Notes: generated by a model not told the origin, from the letters alone. Shown: positions 38,549 through 48,414, counted from the first letter of the stretch. The stretch is 64,000 nt of DNA from Candidatus Fermentibacterota bacterium (GCA_016928395.1 JAFGKV010000134.1:2631-66630); one strand, 5' to 3'. Numbers and translations are program-made.

Positions 38549-41500
38549 ATGCGTCCCCTTGCCCCCAGACAACCGGTCTGGGGTGGCGGCTGTGCCCACC
38601 CTCCTGCCGTGAGTCTTGAGGCGTCCATGTATCTCCAAGTGCTCACCCTCAACGCCCTGTGGATTCGCTGGCGGAAGACCTTCCTGGTCTGGCTCGCTGT
38701 CCTCGGCATTGTCGTACCTGCCGTGCCGGCACAGAATGCCGATGCCATTGGGGCATTCCGGTATGCGGCAGGTCTCTTCGATATGGGCGAGTATGAGCTG
38801 GCTGCCGCGGAATTCGACCATGTTCTCTCGTCATTCCCCGGCGACTCCCTGGCGCCCTCAGCGGCCTACTGGCTGGGAGAGAGCCTCTTCCAGCTGGAGC
38901 GATTTGGCGACGCGGCCAACGCGTTCTCCAGGGCGGTACGGCCGAGCGCCGACCTGGGATTGCAGGAGGATGCCCGTATGCGCAGGGCCGAGGCATTGTG
39001 GGCTGCGGGCGATACGCCGGGAGCGATCCTGGCCTACGAAGCCGTGCTGTCGGCCCACCCTGTAGGGAAGTATCGGGGCAAGGCGAGCTATTGGCTCGGC
39101 AGAGCCTATGTCTCCGCTGGACGAAAAGTGGATGCCGCACGGGTTCTGAGAAACGCTGCGGCGTGGGGGGAGGACGCTCTGCAGCGGGCGGAAGCCGCCT
39201 ACCTCGCAGGTGACATCCTTCGGGAGCTGTCGCGATGCGATGAAGCCGGGGAGCACTACCGGGATGTGCTGCGGCTTACTCCCCACGGCGCGCACGCTCC
39301 CGCGGCCTTGGAGGGTCTGGCCCGATGCGCCATAGACGCTGGAGCATGGGAGTCGGCGGCCGAGGCGCTCCGCACGCTTACGGAGACATTCCCCACGTCA
39401 CCGCAGGCCAGCGACGGCAGGTTTCATCTCGCAGAATGCCTCTCAACACTGCACCGGCCCACCGAGGCGCTGGCTGCCTACAAGGCCGTCTTGAGAGACG
39501 GGGCAGCTCATGCGCTCTGGGACAAGGCCCTGTACGGGGAGGCATGGGCCTATGCCGCCGCTGGTGACACAGTGGCCGCATTGGCCTCCTTTGCCCAGTT
39601 GGCGACCGATTTCCCCACCAGTGCCCTGGCATCGGAAGCAGCGTTCCGGGAGGCGCAACTGGCGTACGCCGCCGGTGAACACGCCCGCGCCATCCGGTCC
39701 TTCGGTCGCATCATGGCCGACTGGCCAACGTCGGCGTTCGTCTCCTCGGCGCTGTACTGGAGGGGATGGGCACATCAGAAGCTGGGCGGCCTGCCCCAGG
39801 CCGAGCGTGATTTCCTGAACTACGCGGCTTCCTATCCCGATTCACAGTATGCAGCCAATGCCTTGCTGCTCGCCGGCCTGGCTGCAGTGGACCAGGGCTC
39901 ATTGTCCAGAGGCGCCGAGGCATTGGAGCGGGCGCGAAAGCAGTACCCGGGTTCCTCGGTCATGCCCCAGGTGCTGACGGCACTGGCCTCCGCCTATTCA
40001 AAGCTGGGTGAGCCCGCCCGAGCCGATGGTGCGCGTTCCCAGCTGGCCGTGAACCACCCCGAAACTGAAGAGGGGAGGGCCGCGCTCCTGCAGAAGGGAT
40101 TCTCTGATCTCGAAGAGGGGCGGGAGTCCGCAGCCTTGGCGAGTCTCTCCACTCTCCTCTCGCGCCCCGATATCGGTGAAGATCAGAAGGCCAAGGCGGT
40201 CTACTACCTGGCCGAAGCCCACTACCGGCTACACGACTGGGCAGAAGCTGAATCGCTGTACGCACGGTCCGAGCTGATGAATGCCGAGGGCGACTTGGAG
40301 GATGACAGCGTCTATGGGCGGGCCTGGTCGGCCCTGAAGGCAGGGAAGACCGAGGAGGCCGGCAGGGTGTTCCAGCGTCTTGCCGTGATGCATCCAGACA
40401 GTCCCTTCGCGGCTGAAGCAGCCTTCAGGTACGCCCAGACACTCTATGATCGAGGGGCATACGAGGATGCGGCTGCAGCCTATGGCGGTCTGGTGAATCG
40501 ACACGGGGGTAGCGAGTACGCCGACGATGCGGTCTATGCAGGCGCCTGGTCTTTGGTGAAGAACGGCGCCATAGCCGAGGCGGCGGCCCAGTTTTTGCGG
40601 CTGGTGGAGATCTACCCCGCCAGTCCGCTGATTCCCGATGCCTTGTATGATCTGGGATCCTGCTATAGCCAACTCGATCGCCCCGCAGCCACCGCACGCA
40701 CTCTGCAACAACTGCTGGAGCAGTATCCACACCACGTCAAGGCTCCAGAAGCCGCCACCGCTTTGGCCTATGCCTACGACGCGTTGGGACAGCCCGCCCG
40801 ACGAGACAGCGTCCTATCACAGATGGAGTCTCAGGGCAGCAGCGCCTCGGCTGCCGCCGCGATGTTGGCATTTGCGGGCGGGAAGATGGAAGGCGATCCC
40901 GACGAAGCCCGCGCACTGCTATCCCGCATTATTGCCCGCCACCCGGATTCTCCCGAGGCAAAGGAGGCCAGGTTGCGGCTCGCGAACTTTCTCACCCAGG
41001 AGGGACGCTTCGCCGAGGCCTATGACATGGTTGCGGCCCTGTGTAGTGATGACGACGCCCAAATTCTGGGGCGCGCATGTGTGCGTGCGGGTGAGACCCA
41101 GTTCGAGATGGCCGAGTACGAAGAGGCCGCCCGTTTCTACCGGATGGCGCTGGATGAGGGCACCGGGATTGACCGGGGCATTGCATGGTACGGCATCGCG
41201 TGGTCGAACCTGGAGTTGGGCCGGCGCGATGCAGCCATCGAAGCCCTGCTGAGGCTCTTCCGGGAACATCGGCAGAGCCCGGTGTGGACGGATGGCTCCT
41301 ATCGGCTAGGACAGCTCCTTGCCGATGCCGACCGCAAGAAGGAAGCCGCCGATGTGTATGCGGCGTTGGGTGACGATGTGGAGTTAGGCTCCCTGGCCCT
41401 GGATGCGACGTATCGCCGTGCCATTCTCCTTCGCGAGCGCAAGGCATATACCCAGGCAGCAACCCTGCTGCGAAAGGTTGCTGCAGGCAGCGACAGCACT

Positions 41501-42100
41501 CTCGCGCTGCAGGCCATGCTGGAATTGGGGCGAACCCTCCACGAACAGGGCCGCCTGACAGAAGCAACGGACGTATTCATCCAGCTGGCCGGCAGAACCC
41601 CTGATGAACGTGCCGCACAACAGGCCATGTACTCCGCCGGCGTGTGTCAAACTTCGATGAAGCGGTGGAAGAAGGCCGCCGAATACTTCGGCAAGGCATC
41701 TGCCATGCCCGGTCCGAACCGCTCGGACGCACTTCTGGGCGAAGGCTGGGCCAGAGCCGCGGCGGGAGAGCACCAGAAGGCGTCCCAGCTCTTCGTCACA
41801 ATCCTGCAGGAAACACCCGACTATGCCAAAGGCGCCGAGGTGGCCTTCAGGCTTGCCCAGAGCTTGCAGGAATTGGGGCACTATACCCAGGTCGACAGCA
41901 TTTGCACCGAGCTGGTTGGCCGCCAAGACTGGCCATATCCCGACCGTGCGCTGTACCTTGGCGCCACCGCCAAGGAGAAGCTGGGAGACACCGAGGGGGC
42001 GATTGCCGCCTATCGGGGCTTGATCGAGGAGTATCCTTCCAGCAGTCTTGTGCCCTATGCAAAGGCGCATGCCGATGCGCTGGCAGGAGAAAAAGGTTGA
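38549..42100 (+). CDS. Giant TPR-repeat protein (YbgF/BamD-like repeats, 1183 aa)
   Basis: Dozens of 34-40-aa helical repeats of the form A.Y..G.......Y..A...F..........P.S..A..A.Y. N-terminal hydrophobic segment FLVWLAVLGIVVPAVPAQ. The start may be ATG 38627. Confidence 0.85.
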   Translation: MRPLAPRQPVWGGGCAHPPAVSLEASMYLQVLTLNALWIRWRKTFLVWLAVLGIVVPAVPAQNADAIGAFRYAAGLFDMGEYELAAAEFDHVLSSFPGDSLAPSAAYWLGESLFQLERFGDAANAFSRAVRPSADLGLQEDARMRRAEALWAAGDTPGAILAYEAVLSAHPVGKYRGKASYWLGRAYVSAGRKVDAARVLRNAAAWGEDALQRAEAAYLAGDILRELSRCDEAGEHYRDVLRLTPHGAHAPAALEGLARCAIDAGAWESAAEALRTLTETFPTSPQASDGRFHLAECLSTLHRPTEALAAYKAVLRDGAAHALWDKALYGEAWAYAAAGDTVAALASFAQLATDFPTSALASEAAFREAQLAYAAGEHARAIRSFGRIMADWPTSAFVSSALYWRGWAHQKLGGLPQAERDFLNYAASYPDSQYAANALLLAGLAAVDQGSLSRGAEALERARKQYPGSSVMPQVLTALASAYSKLGEPARADGARSQLAVNHPETEEGRAALLQKGFSDLEEGRESAALASLSTLLSRPDIGEDQKAKAVYYLAEAHYRLHDWAEAESLYARSELMNAEGDLEDDSVYGRAWSALKAGKTEEAGRVFQRLAVMHPDSPFAAEAAFRYAQTLYDRGAYEDAAAAYGGLVNRHGGSEYADDAVYAGAWSLVKNGAIAEAAAQFLRLVEIYPASPLIPDALYDLGSCYSQLDRPAATARTLQQLLEQYPHHVKAPEAATALAYAYDALGQPARRDSVLSQMESQGSSASAAAAMLAFAGGKMEGDPDEARALLSRIIARHPDSPEAKEARLRLANFLTQEGRFAEAYDMVAALCSDDDAQILGRACVRAGETQFEMAEYEEAARFYRMALDEGTGIDRGIAWYGIAWSNLELGRRDAAIEALLRLFREHRQSPVWTDGSYRLGQLLADADRKKEAADVYAALGDDVELGSLALDATYRRAILLRERKAYTQAATLLRKVAAGSDSTLALQAMLELGRTLHEQGRLTEATDVFIQLAGRTPDERAAQQAMYSAGVCQTSMKRWKKAAEYFGKASAMPGPNRSDALLGEGWARAAAGEHQKASQLFVTILQETPDYAKGAEVAFRLAQSLQELGHYTQVDSICTELVGRQDWPYPDRALYLGATAKEKLGDTEGAIAAYRGLIEEYPSSSLVPYAKAHADALAGEKG

Positions 42101-42102
42101 CC

Positions 42103-44625
42103 ATGCTTCATTTACTCGCGCTGTGCCTACTATTGATCGGCGGCGGAGAGACCCTCGCACCCGACCAGGAACTCTATCTTCAGGGGGCCCAAGCGTTTGA
42201 CCGTGACGACTTCGGCGTTGCCATGACCAGCTTTGAAGCTCTCCTTCACCGGCACTCCTCTAGCTCGCTGGCCTGTCCGGCGCACTATGCGCTGGCTGAG
42301 ACCTACTACAGCCTTCAGCAGTATCAGAAGGCCCTGGCTGAGCTTGATGCGGTAGACTCTCCGTGTGAGACCCGGGTAGGTCGCGGCCGGGTTCAATGGC
42401 GGAGAGCCTGGGTACTGTACCATCTCGGGCGGCTTCCGGCCGCGGGAGAAGCCTTTCAGCAGGCAAGCACGAGCCCCGACCTCTCCGCCAATGATCAAAC
42501 CGCAGCCATGGTAATGGTCGGTGACGTCGCGATGGAACAGGGCAGGGCTGCCGATGCGCTGTCCGCCTACCGGCGCGTCGTCCAGCGCAACATGCCGTCG
42601 CCGCTTCTGTGCCAGATTCACTACAAGATCGGGCGAGCAGCACTGACGGAAGGGGCCTTTACCGAGGCCCAGACTGCGTTCGCCACCGTGGTGCAACTTG
42701 ACTCCCGTTCCGAATTCGCCGACGATGCCGTCTATGGCCGCGCGTGGGCACTGCGGAAGCAGAAGAAGCATGAAGGCGCTCGCGCCGCATGGCATCAGCT
42801 CATCGTGACCTATGCGCAATCGCCGCTGGCTCTGGAAGCACGATTCCGGATGGGCGAGGAGTACTATAGCTTAGGGAAGTATCAGGAAGCCATCATGGCG
42901 TTCGATACAGTACCCGCCGCCAGCGATTTTGCCGACCATGCCATGTACTGGAAGGCGTGGGCCGAATACCGGCTGGACCAGTTCTCGAAGGCCGCATACA
43001 CGTTCAGCCTCATCCGGACCAGTTTTCCCAGATCCCGGCTGGCCACCGATTCCCAGTTCCGCGCGGCGGATGCCCATCGGGAGGCTGGCCAGTATGAACT
43101 GGCCTTGCGAGGGTATCGCGTACTGGTGGAAATGAAACCCAGCGAAGAGTATCTCGTCGAGTCGCTCTATGGCATGGCGCAATCCGCGGCCTTCAGCGGC
43201 GACCTTTCCGCGGCCGAGAACTATCGCACGCAGCTCTTGTCCACGGGAAAGGCCGGCGACTTCGCCCCGCGGGCATTCTTCGACCTGGGCGTCGCCGCCT
43301 ACAACCGCAAGCAGTACGGGCGTGCCATCCGGGAGTTCTCCACGCTCCTCTCCCAGTACCCCGCCCACAGCCTGGCGAACGAAACCTGGTACCACTTGGG
43401 GTTGAGCCACTTGCGCGATGAGCGTTATGGCGAGGCCAGAAACGCGTTCCAGCGCACCATCAAGGCTGCGCCCAACAGCGAGACCGCCTCTCTGGCGGCC
43501 TATCAGTTGGGCTGGGCGTACTTCCGTGATGGCGAGTTTGACCGCGCCGCCGAGCAGTTCAATGAGGTGAGCAGACGGGGCGGCCCCCGGGCCACAGACG
43601 CCCTGTATCGCTCTGGCGACGCTCTGTACAACGCCGGCCGATACACAGACGCCATCGCAGTGTATCAACAAGTCATCGACATGGCCCCGGGCTCTGAGCT
43701 GGCTGCCACGGCCCAGAACTCCATCGGGTGGTGTTATGAACGGCTGAGCCGGCCGGCCGAGGCCATTGGCGCCTTCCATGTGGTCGTCGATCGCTACCCC
43801 CAGAGCCTTGTGTGGGACGACTCTGCCTACAAGATTGCCGAATACTACCACGGTGCCGGAGACTACACGCTGTCGATTCCTATCCTCGAGGCGTTGCGCA
43901 GCGCCCCGGGTTCGCCTTTCTGGGAGAGCAGCCTGCTGATGCTGGGCAGCGATCTCTGGAAGACTGGCCGTAAGCGTGAGGCTCGAAGCGTGATCGAGTC
44001 TCTCCTGTCCAGGAGAGACTCGCCTCTCAGGCCCGACGGTCTGCTACTGCTCGCCGACGCCAGTTGGGATGATCGTGACTGGGACCAGGCTCAGGCCCGC
44101 TATGCGCAATTCGCCGAGGAGTACCCTTCCAGTGAATCAGCCGCCCTGGCGTTCCTGCGTGTGGCGGAATCCTATGCTGCACAAGAACTCTGGGACAAGG
44201 CAGCCGAGGCGTTCACCCGCGCTTCCGTGGCCGGAGCGCCTCGCGCCTCCTGCCTCGCGGGCACCTGCAAGGCAGCGGCCAACGTAGGCCGATGCGCCGA
44301 GGCCGAGAACGCCGCGCGAACAATGGAGACAGACTTCCCCACCGACGCCCGAACCGCCGACGCCCAGTTCTGGGCCGGGAACTGCTATGTAGGCACGGGA
44401 GACGATGAAACGGCCGCGCGCCTCCTACTTAAGGTGCCCATCTTGTATCCTGACAGTGACCAGGCTGACGACGCCCTGCTGCTGGCAGCCCGTGCACGGT
44501 TGAGGCAGGGCCGCGGCGACCAGGCAGAGCGGCATCTTCGGCTCCTTCTCGAGAAGTACCCTGCCTCGGAGCTGCGAGGACAGGCTGAAAGGCTCCTGGC
44601 ATCCATGGAAGGGGGGACACGATGA
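42103..44625 (+). CDS. Giant TPR-repeat protein (840 aa)
   Basis: ATG 42103 lies directly after the upstream stop, with signal-like MLHLLALCLLLIGGGE. It has the same repeat type. The ORF-track extension to 41644 overlaps the previous gene and translates as Arg/Gly-rich nonsense. Confidence 0.85.
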   Translation: MLHLLALCLLLIGGGETLAPDQELYLQGAQAFDRDDFGVAMTSFEALLHRHSSSSLACPAHYALAETYYSLQQYQKALAELDAVDSPCETRVGRGRVQWRRAWVLYHLGRLPAAGEAFQQASTSPDLSANDQTAAMVMVGDVAMEQGRAADALSAYRRVVQRNMPSPLLCQIHYKIGRAALTEGAFTEAQTAFATVVQLDSRSEFADDAVYGRAWALRKQKKHEGARAAWHQLIVTYAQSPLALEARFRMGEEYYSLGKYQEAIMAFDTVPAASDFADHAMYWKAWAEYRLDQFSKAAYTFSLIRTSFPRSRLATDSQFRAADAHREAGQYELALRGYRVLVEMKPSEEYLVESLYGMAQSAAFSGDLSAAENYRTQLLSTGKAGDFAPRAFFDLGVAAYNRKQYGRAIREFSTLLSQYPAHSLANETWYHLGLSHLRDERYGEARNAFQRTIKAAPNSETASLAAYQLGWAYFRDGEFDRAAEQFNEVSRRGGPRATDALYRSGDALYNAGRYTDAIAVYQQVIDMAPGSELAATAQNSIGWCYERLSRPAEAIGAFHVVVDRYPQSLVWDDSAYKIAEYYHGAGDYTLSIPILEALRSAPGSPFWESSLLMLGSDLWKTGRKREARSVIESLLSRRDSPLRPDGLLLLADASWDDRDWDQAQARYAQFAEEYPSSESAALAFLRVAESYAAQELWDKAAEAFTRASVAGAPRASCLAGTCKAAANVGRCAEAENAARTMETDFPTDARTADAQFWAGNCYVGTGDDETAARLLLKVPILYPDSDQADDALLLAARARLRQGRGDQAERHLRLLLEKYPASELRGQAERLLASMEGGTR

Positions 44626-45938
44626 GACGGTGGCTGATCCCCCTTGTCTTCGCGGGGGCGCTCCACGCACAGACACCGTCGGTGGCGCAACCGGGAAAGA
44701 TCGAGCCGCCTGAGGAAGAGATAACGGTCTTCGGCGAGCAGAAGCAACGCCTCCAGATGCGTCGCGATGCCCGCGAACTGGCCCTTCTTGAGGAGTCTCT
44801 GCGAACTCGATTCGGGCTCAATCGTCCAAGTGCGTCTCCCGATCGACTTCTCGACCGTGGGGTCGTTCTCCTGAATTGCGCGGGACTGGAAGCCCAGTCA
44901 CGGCCCGGAGGAGCGGAGGTCTTCATTGACGGCAGCATAGCCGGCGAGACTCCAGTGTCAGCGAGCGGTCTTCCCAGCGGCCGTCATATCGTGGCCATGC
45001 GGCACCGCGGGTACGAACTGTGGACCGCCCCGGTGCTTTTCCCGCCTTGGGGTACCGCACGAGTCACCGCCAGCTTGGACCGGAGAATCTCCTACGAACT
45101 CAGCGCCGTGTGGCGAACCGAAGACGCCCAGGATCGGCCCAGTGGTCTGGCTGTGCTTCGACCGGGAGAGGTGTTTGTATCGGGTGGCGGCACGGTGAAG
45201 CTGTGGGCGCGAGGCAAACCTCAACGAGATCTTCGCGCCGACGGGATGGTTGAGCCAAGGGGTATGGCCCTCTCACCCTCGAAACAGCATTTGTACGTAG
45301 CGGATCCTGGATGCCATACCGTCTGGTGTATCGATGCCGCGACCGGCCGCCTCATACGGCGCCTTACCGAAGGAAGCGGTCAACCCCTCCATCAGCCCAC
45401 CGATGTTGCCGTGGCGGAAGACGGACGTGTCCTGGTGTGCGATTCGGGCAATCACCGATTGGTCTGGTTCAACGCCGACGGCCAATGGGTGGAGACGTGG
45501 GGAAAACGGGGGGATGACCAGGGGATGTTTCGGCATCCCGAGGGCGCCGCCATCGATGAGAACGGCGCGGTGTACGTTGCCGACTGGGGAAACAACCGTA
45601 TTCAAGTACTGGCACCCAAGGGGGCAGTGCTGCGTGTGTTTGGCCAGCAGGGCATGGCACCGGGGCAACTCCAGGGACCGACAGAAGTATGCCTTGAGGA
45701 AGGGGGCTACCTGCTGGTCGTAGATTCGTTCAACGATCGGGTGCAGCGGTTCAGGCGTGACGGCACTATTGTCAGCGTGCTTCCGGAGGCTCGCGGCCTC
45801 GGCACCTTCACCAAACCATTCAGCGCCGCATTGGATCCCTCGGGGCTCGTCTATGTCACCCAACGCGACCGTCACGGCATTTTGGTGCTGCGACAAGTGT
45901 GGGAGCAGGGGTACATGAGCGCCGTGCTCAGGCCCTGA
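44622..45938 (+). CDS. Periplasmic PEGA-domain + NHL-repeat beta-propeller protein
   Basis: Signal MRRWLIPLVFAGALHAQ. PEGA-like region: GAEVFIDGSIAGETPVSASGLPSGRHIVAMRHRGY. NHL blades: LYVADPGCHTVWCID, VLVCDSGNHRLVWFNADG, VYVADWGNNRIQVL, LLVVDSFNDRVQRFRRDG. ATGA overlap with the upstream gene. Confidence 0.8.
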   Translation: MRRWLIPLVFAGALHAQTPSVAQPGKIEPPEEEITVFGEQKQRLQMRRDARELALLEESLRTRFGLNRPSASPDRLLDRGVVLLNCAGLEAQSRPGGAEVFIDGSIAGETPVSASGLPSGRHIVAMRHRGYELWTAPVLFPPWGTARVTASLDRRISYELSAVWRTEDAQDRPSGLAVLRPGEVFVSGGGTVKLWARGKPQRDLRADGMVEPRGMALSPSKQHLYVADPGCHTVWCIDAATGRLIRRLTEGSGQPLHQPTDVAVAEDGRVLVCDSGNHRLVWFNADGQWVETWGKRGDDQGMFRHPEGAAIDENGAVYVADWGNNRIQVLAPKGAVLRVFGQQGMAPGQLQGPTEVCLEEGGYLLVVDSFNDRVQRFRRDGTIVSVLPEARGLGTFTKPFSAALDPSGLVYVTQRDRHGILVLRQVWEQGYMSAVLRP

Positions 45939-45948
45939 AGCATCTCGA

Positions 45949-46443
45949 ATGCGGATCGCGGCGTGTGTTCTCCTGCTTGCTGCCTGTGGGGGCTGTTATT
46001 CCTTTTCTGCCCGAACCTCGACCCGCATACGCTCCGTGGCCGTTCCCTTTTTCGAGAACCACAGCGGGCGCTTTGGGCTGGAGGGATTAGTCACCGAAGC
46101 GGTTGCCAAGGGGTTCCTTGATGATGGTGATCTTCGAGTCGTGGATGAGCGGTCCGCTGACTCAGTGCTACGGGGTATCATCACGGGGTACGACCACAAG
46201 GCTGCCGTGTATGACCAGAGTGAGCAGGTCAGCACCATGCGCGTCACCATCACGGTCGACGTCATCTACCGTGATCTCACCAAAGGCACCGTGGTCTGGG
46301 AGCAGAAGGGGCTGTCCGCATGGGGGCAGTACCGTCTTGTGACGTCGGCGGAAGGACCGGCGCAGACCGAGGAGGACGGCCAGGTTGAGGCGATACGCCG
46401 CCTGGTTCAGGAGATCTTGGCTCGCTCCATCGAGACATGGTGA
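45949..46443 (+). CDS. lptE: LptE-like LPS-assembly lipoprotein
   Basis: Lipobox LLLAACGGC, then SVAVPFFENHSGRFGLEGLVTEAVAKGFLDDGDLRVV...VLRGIITGY. 164 aa. Confidence 0.7.
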   Translation: MRIAACVLLLAACGGCYSFSARTSTRIRSVAVPFFENHSGRFGLEGLVTEAVAKGFLDDGDLRVVDERSADSVLRGIITGYDHKAAVYDQSEQVSTMRVTITVDVIYRDLTKGTVVWEQKGLSAWGQYRLVTSAEGPAQTEEDGQVEAIRRLVQEILARSIETW

Positions 46444-47408
46444 AGCCAAAACGGTGGCGCCATCGGGGAGAATGGTGGTTGCTTCGGGGAACCCTTGCCG
46501 CCACGAGGCATCTCCCTCGGCGCGTGTATCCCACCGTGGCAAGATGCCTGGGGGCAGCGGCCTTCGACGTGTTTCGCCTCAGACGCCGCGTGGTGGAGCA
46601 CAACCTGACACGGGCATTCGGCGGTGAAATGCAGTCGCCTCAGCGCCGACGCGTCGGCAGGAAATGCTACCAGGAATTGGCTCTGGGAGCGCTGGAGATG
46701 GCGGCACTGCACCACAAGGGAGCCGCTCATGTGCTAGAGACCTGTCGGATCCGGGGGGGGCGCGAGCATCTGGATCAGGTGCGCTCCGGCAAATCGGGGT
46801 GCATCCTCGTGACAGGCCACTTCGGCAACTGGGAGTACCTCGCAGGAGCCCTGGCCGTATGGGGCGTGCCGGTCAGCGCGGTGGGCGCACCGATGAGGAA
46901 CCCACTGGTAGACCGCTGGCTCACGTCGCTGCGCACCGGGCTAGGAATCGAGATACTGCGTACGGGCCGCGGGTCGGGCCGGGCCGCGCTTCGTGCTCTG
47001 CGGGCCGGCCGAGCCGTGCTCCTGCTGATAGATCAAGACGCCCGCAACCACGGCATGTTTGTGGATTTCTTCGGCATCCCCGCCAGCACCCACGTTGGGG
47101 CTGCCGTTTTGGCTCACCACACCGGTGCCCCAGTATTTCCTTGCAGGATAGACCGCGATGGCCTGCGTCACGTTGTGTCCGTCTATCCCCCCTTGACGCT
47201 TTCCCATGCGGGCGGCAAGTCCGCCATTCTCGACACCACACAGGCAATCACGACCATGCTGGAATCGTGGATACGAGAGCGCCCCGCATCGTGGTTTTGG
47301 CCCCACCGGAGGTTCAAGACCCAACCGCCCTCTCCGTGCACTCCCCTGCCCTTCACCGCTGGAAAAGGAGCCCAATGTGGAGCGAACCTTGCTCATCATC
47401 AAACCTGA
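46437..47408 (+). CDS. Lipid A biosynthesis (LpxL/HtrB-family) lysophospholipid acyltransferase
   Basis: HX4(D/E) motif GHFGNWEY, plus VLLLIDQDARNHGMFVDFFGIPASTHVGAAVLA and WFWPHRRFK. Confidence 0.8.
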   Translation: MVKPKRWRHRGEWWLLRGTLAATRHLPRRVYPTVARCLGAAAFDVFRLRRRVVEHNLTRAFGGEMQSPQRRRVGRKCYQELALGALEMAALHHKGAAHVLETCRIRGGREHLDQVRSGKSGCILVTGHFGNWEYLAGALAVWGVPVSAVGAPMRNPLVDRWLTSLRTGLGIEILRTGRGSGRAALRALRAGRAVLLLIDQDARNHGMFVDFFGIPASTHVGAAVLAHHTGAPVFPCRIDRDGLRHVVSVYPPLTLSHAGGKSAILDTTQAITTMLESWIRERPASWFWPHRRFKTQPPSPCTPLPFTAGKGAQCGANLAHHQT

Positions 47409-47808
47409 TGCTGTGGCCGCCGGGCGAATCGCCGATGTCCTCTCAATGGTGAGCGACGCCGGGCTCCGACTGGTGGCATTGGAGATGCGCTGTCTGGCCG
47501 AGGCCGAAGTCCGGGGATTCTATGCCTTACACCAGGGTAAGGACTTCTTTGAGCCCCTTGTGCGCTTCATGACTTCCGGACCGGTGGTGCTCTGCGCAGT
47601 GGCGGGCGAGGATGCCGTGTCGTCTTTGCGTGCATTGGTGGGCGTGACGGATCCCACAGAGGCCGCGGCAGGCACGGTTCGAGCCTCATTCGGTACCACC
47701 ATCCAGAGAAATGCGGTGCATGCATCTGACAGCACGGAGACCGGTATGACGGAAACCGCCTTCTTCTTTCCCGAGGCCAGGCTCCTTCTCGGTGGTTTCA
47801 CGGCTTGA
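47377..47808 (+). CDS. ndk: Nucleoside diphosphate kinase
   Basis: GTG 47377 has an AAAGGAG RBS. ERTLLIIKPDAV...FYALHQGKDFFEPLVRFMTSGPVV...GTVRASFG...NAVHASDS, which includes the active-site His. The ORF track opens at 47206. Confidence 0.9.
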   Translation: MERTLLIIKPDAVAAGRIADVLSMVSDAGLRLVALEMRCLAEAEVRGFYALHQGKDFFEPLVRFMTSGPVVLCAVAGEDAVSSLRALVGVTDPTEAAAGTVRASFGTTIQRNAVHASDSTETGMTETAFFFPEARLLLGGFTA

Positions 47809-47832
47809 CAGGAATCGGAGAGACAAGGTAAC

Positions 47833-48414
47833 ATGAGCCCTCTCGAGTTGGATATACCGGGTGCGACCACGGTTGCCTTCACGACGGTGCTGCCCGTCGA
47901 CGGCGCGCTGCTTGAGCTGGAGGGGGCGGGCGTTTCGTTCTCAGCTGCCGGTCGTGTCACCGTTGAGGTCGCGCCTGTCAATGAAGGATTCCTGGTGACG
48001 GGGATACTGGAAATTCCCGTGGAACTGGCGTGCAGCAGATGCCTTGCCCCCGCTGAACATCGTATCCTTGAGCACTTTCGGATCGTCTTGAGTAGAGACT
48101 CGTCCGCTGGCGATGCCGATGATGAATGGGTGTTCTTCGCCCACGATGAGCGCACATTCGACTTGGCGCCATTGGTTCGTGACCTCATCATCGTCGCATT
48201 GCCGGCCAAACCACTGTGTGACGATCGCTGTCTTGGCCTGTGCCCCGTCTGCGGGAGCGACCGGAACCAGACGCGTTGCCACTGCATCAACTCTACCATT
48301 GACCCTCGTTGGGCGGGACTCCTGCCGCTGGCGGTCAATGGGGACGTATCGCCCGATAAGGAGGAGGCCAGTCATGGCACTACCGAAGAGGAAGATATCC
48401 AAGACCAGGCGTGA
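47833..48414 (+). CDS. yceD: YceD/DUF177 family protein
   Basis: CSRCLAP...DLAPLVRDLIIVALPAKPLCDDRCLGLCPVCGSDRNQTRCHC, in the canonical position upstream of rpmF. Confidence 0.85.
   Translation: MSPLELDIPGATTVAFTTVLPVDGALLELEGAGVSFSAAGRVTVEVAPVNEGFLVTGILEIPVELACSRCLAPAEHRILEHFRIVLSRDSSAGDADDEWVFFAHDERTFDLAPLVRDLIIVALPAKPLCDDRCLGLCPVCGSDRNQTRCHCINSTIDPRWAGLLPLAVNGDVSPDKEEASHGTTEEEDIQDQA

Noticed and set aside
41644-42102. N-terminal 153-aa extension of the second TPR ORF
   Set aside because: It overlaps the 3' end of the first TPR gene in another frame and translates as Arg/Gly-rich nonsense. ATG 42103 with a signal-like peptide is the natural start.
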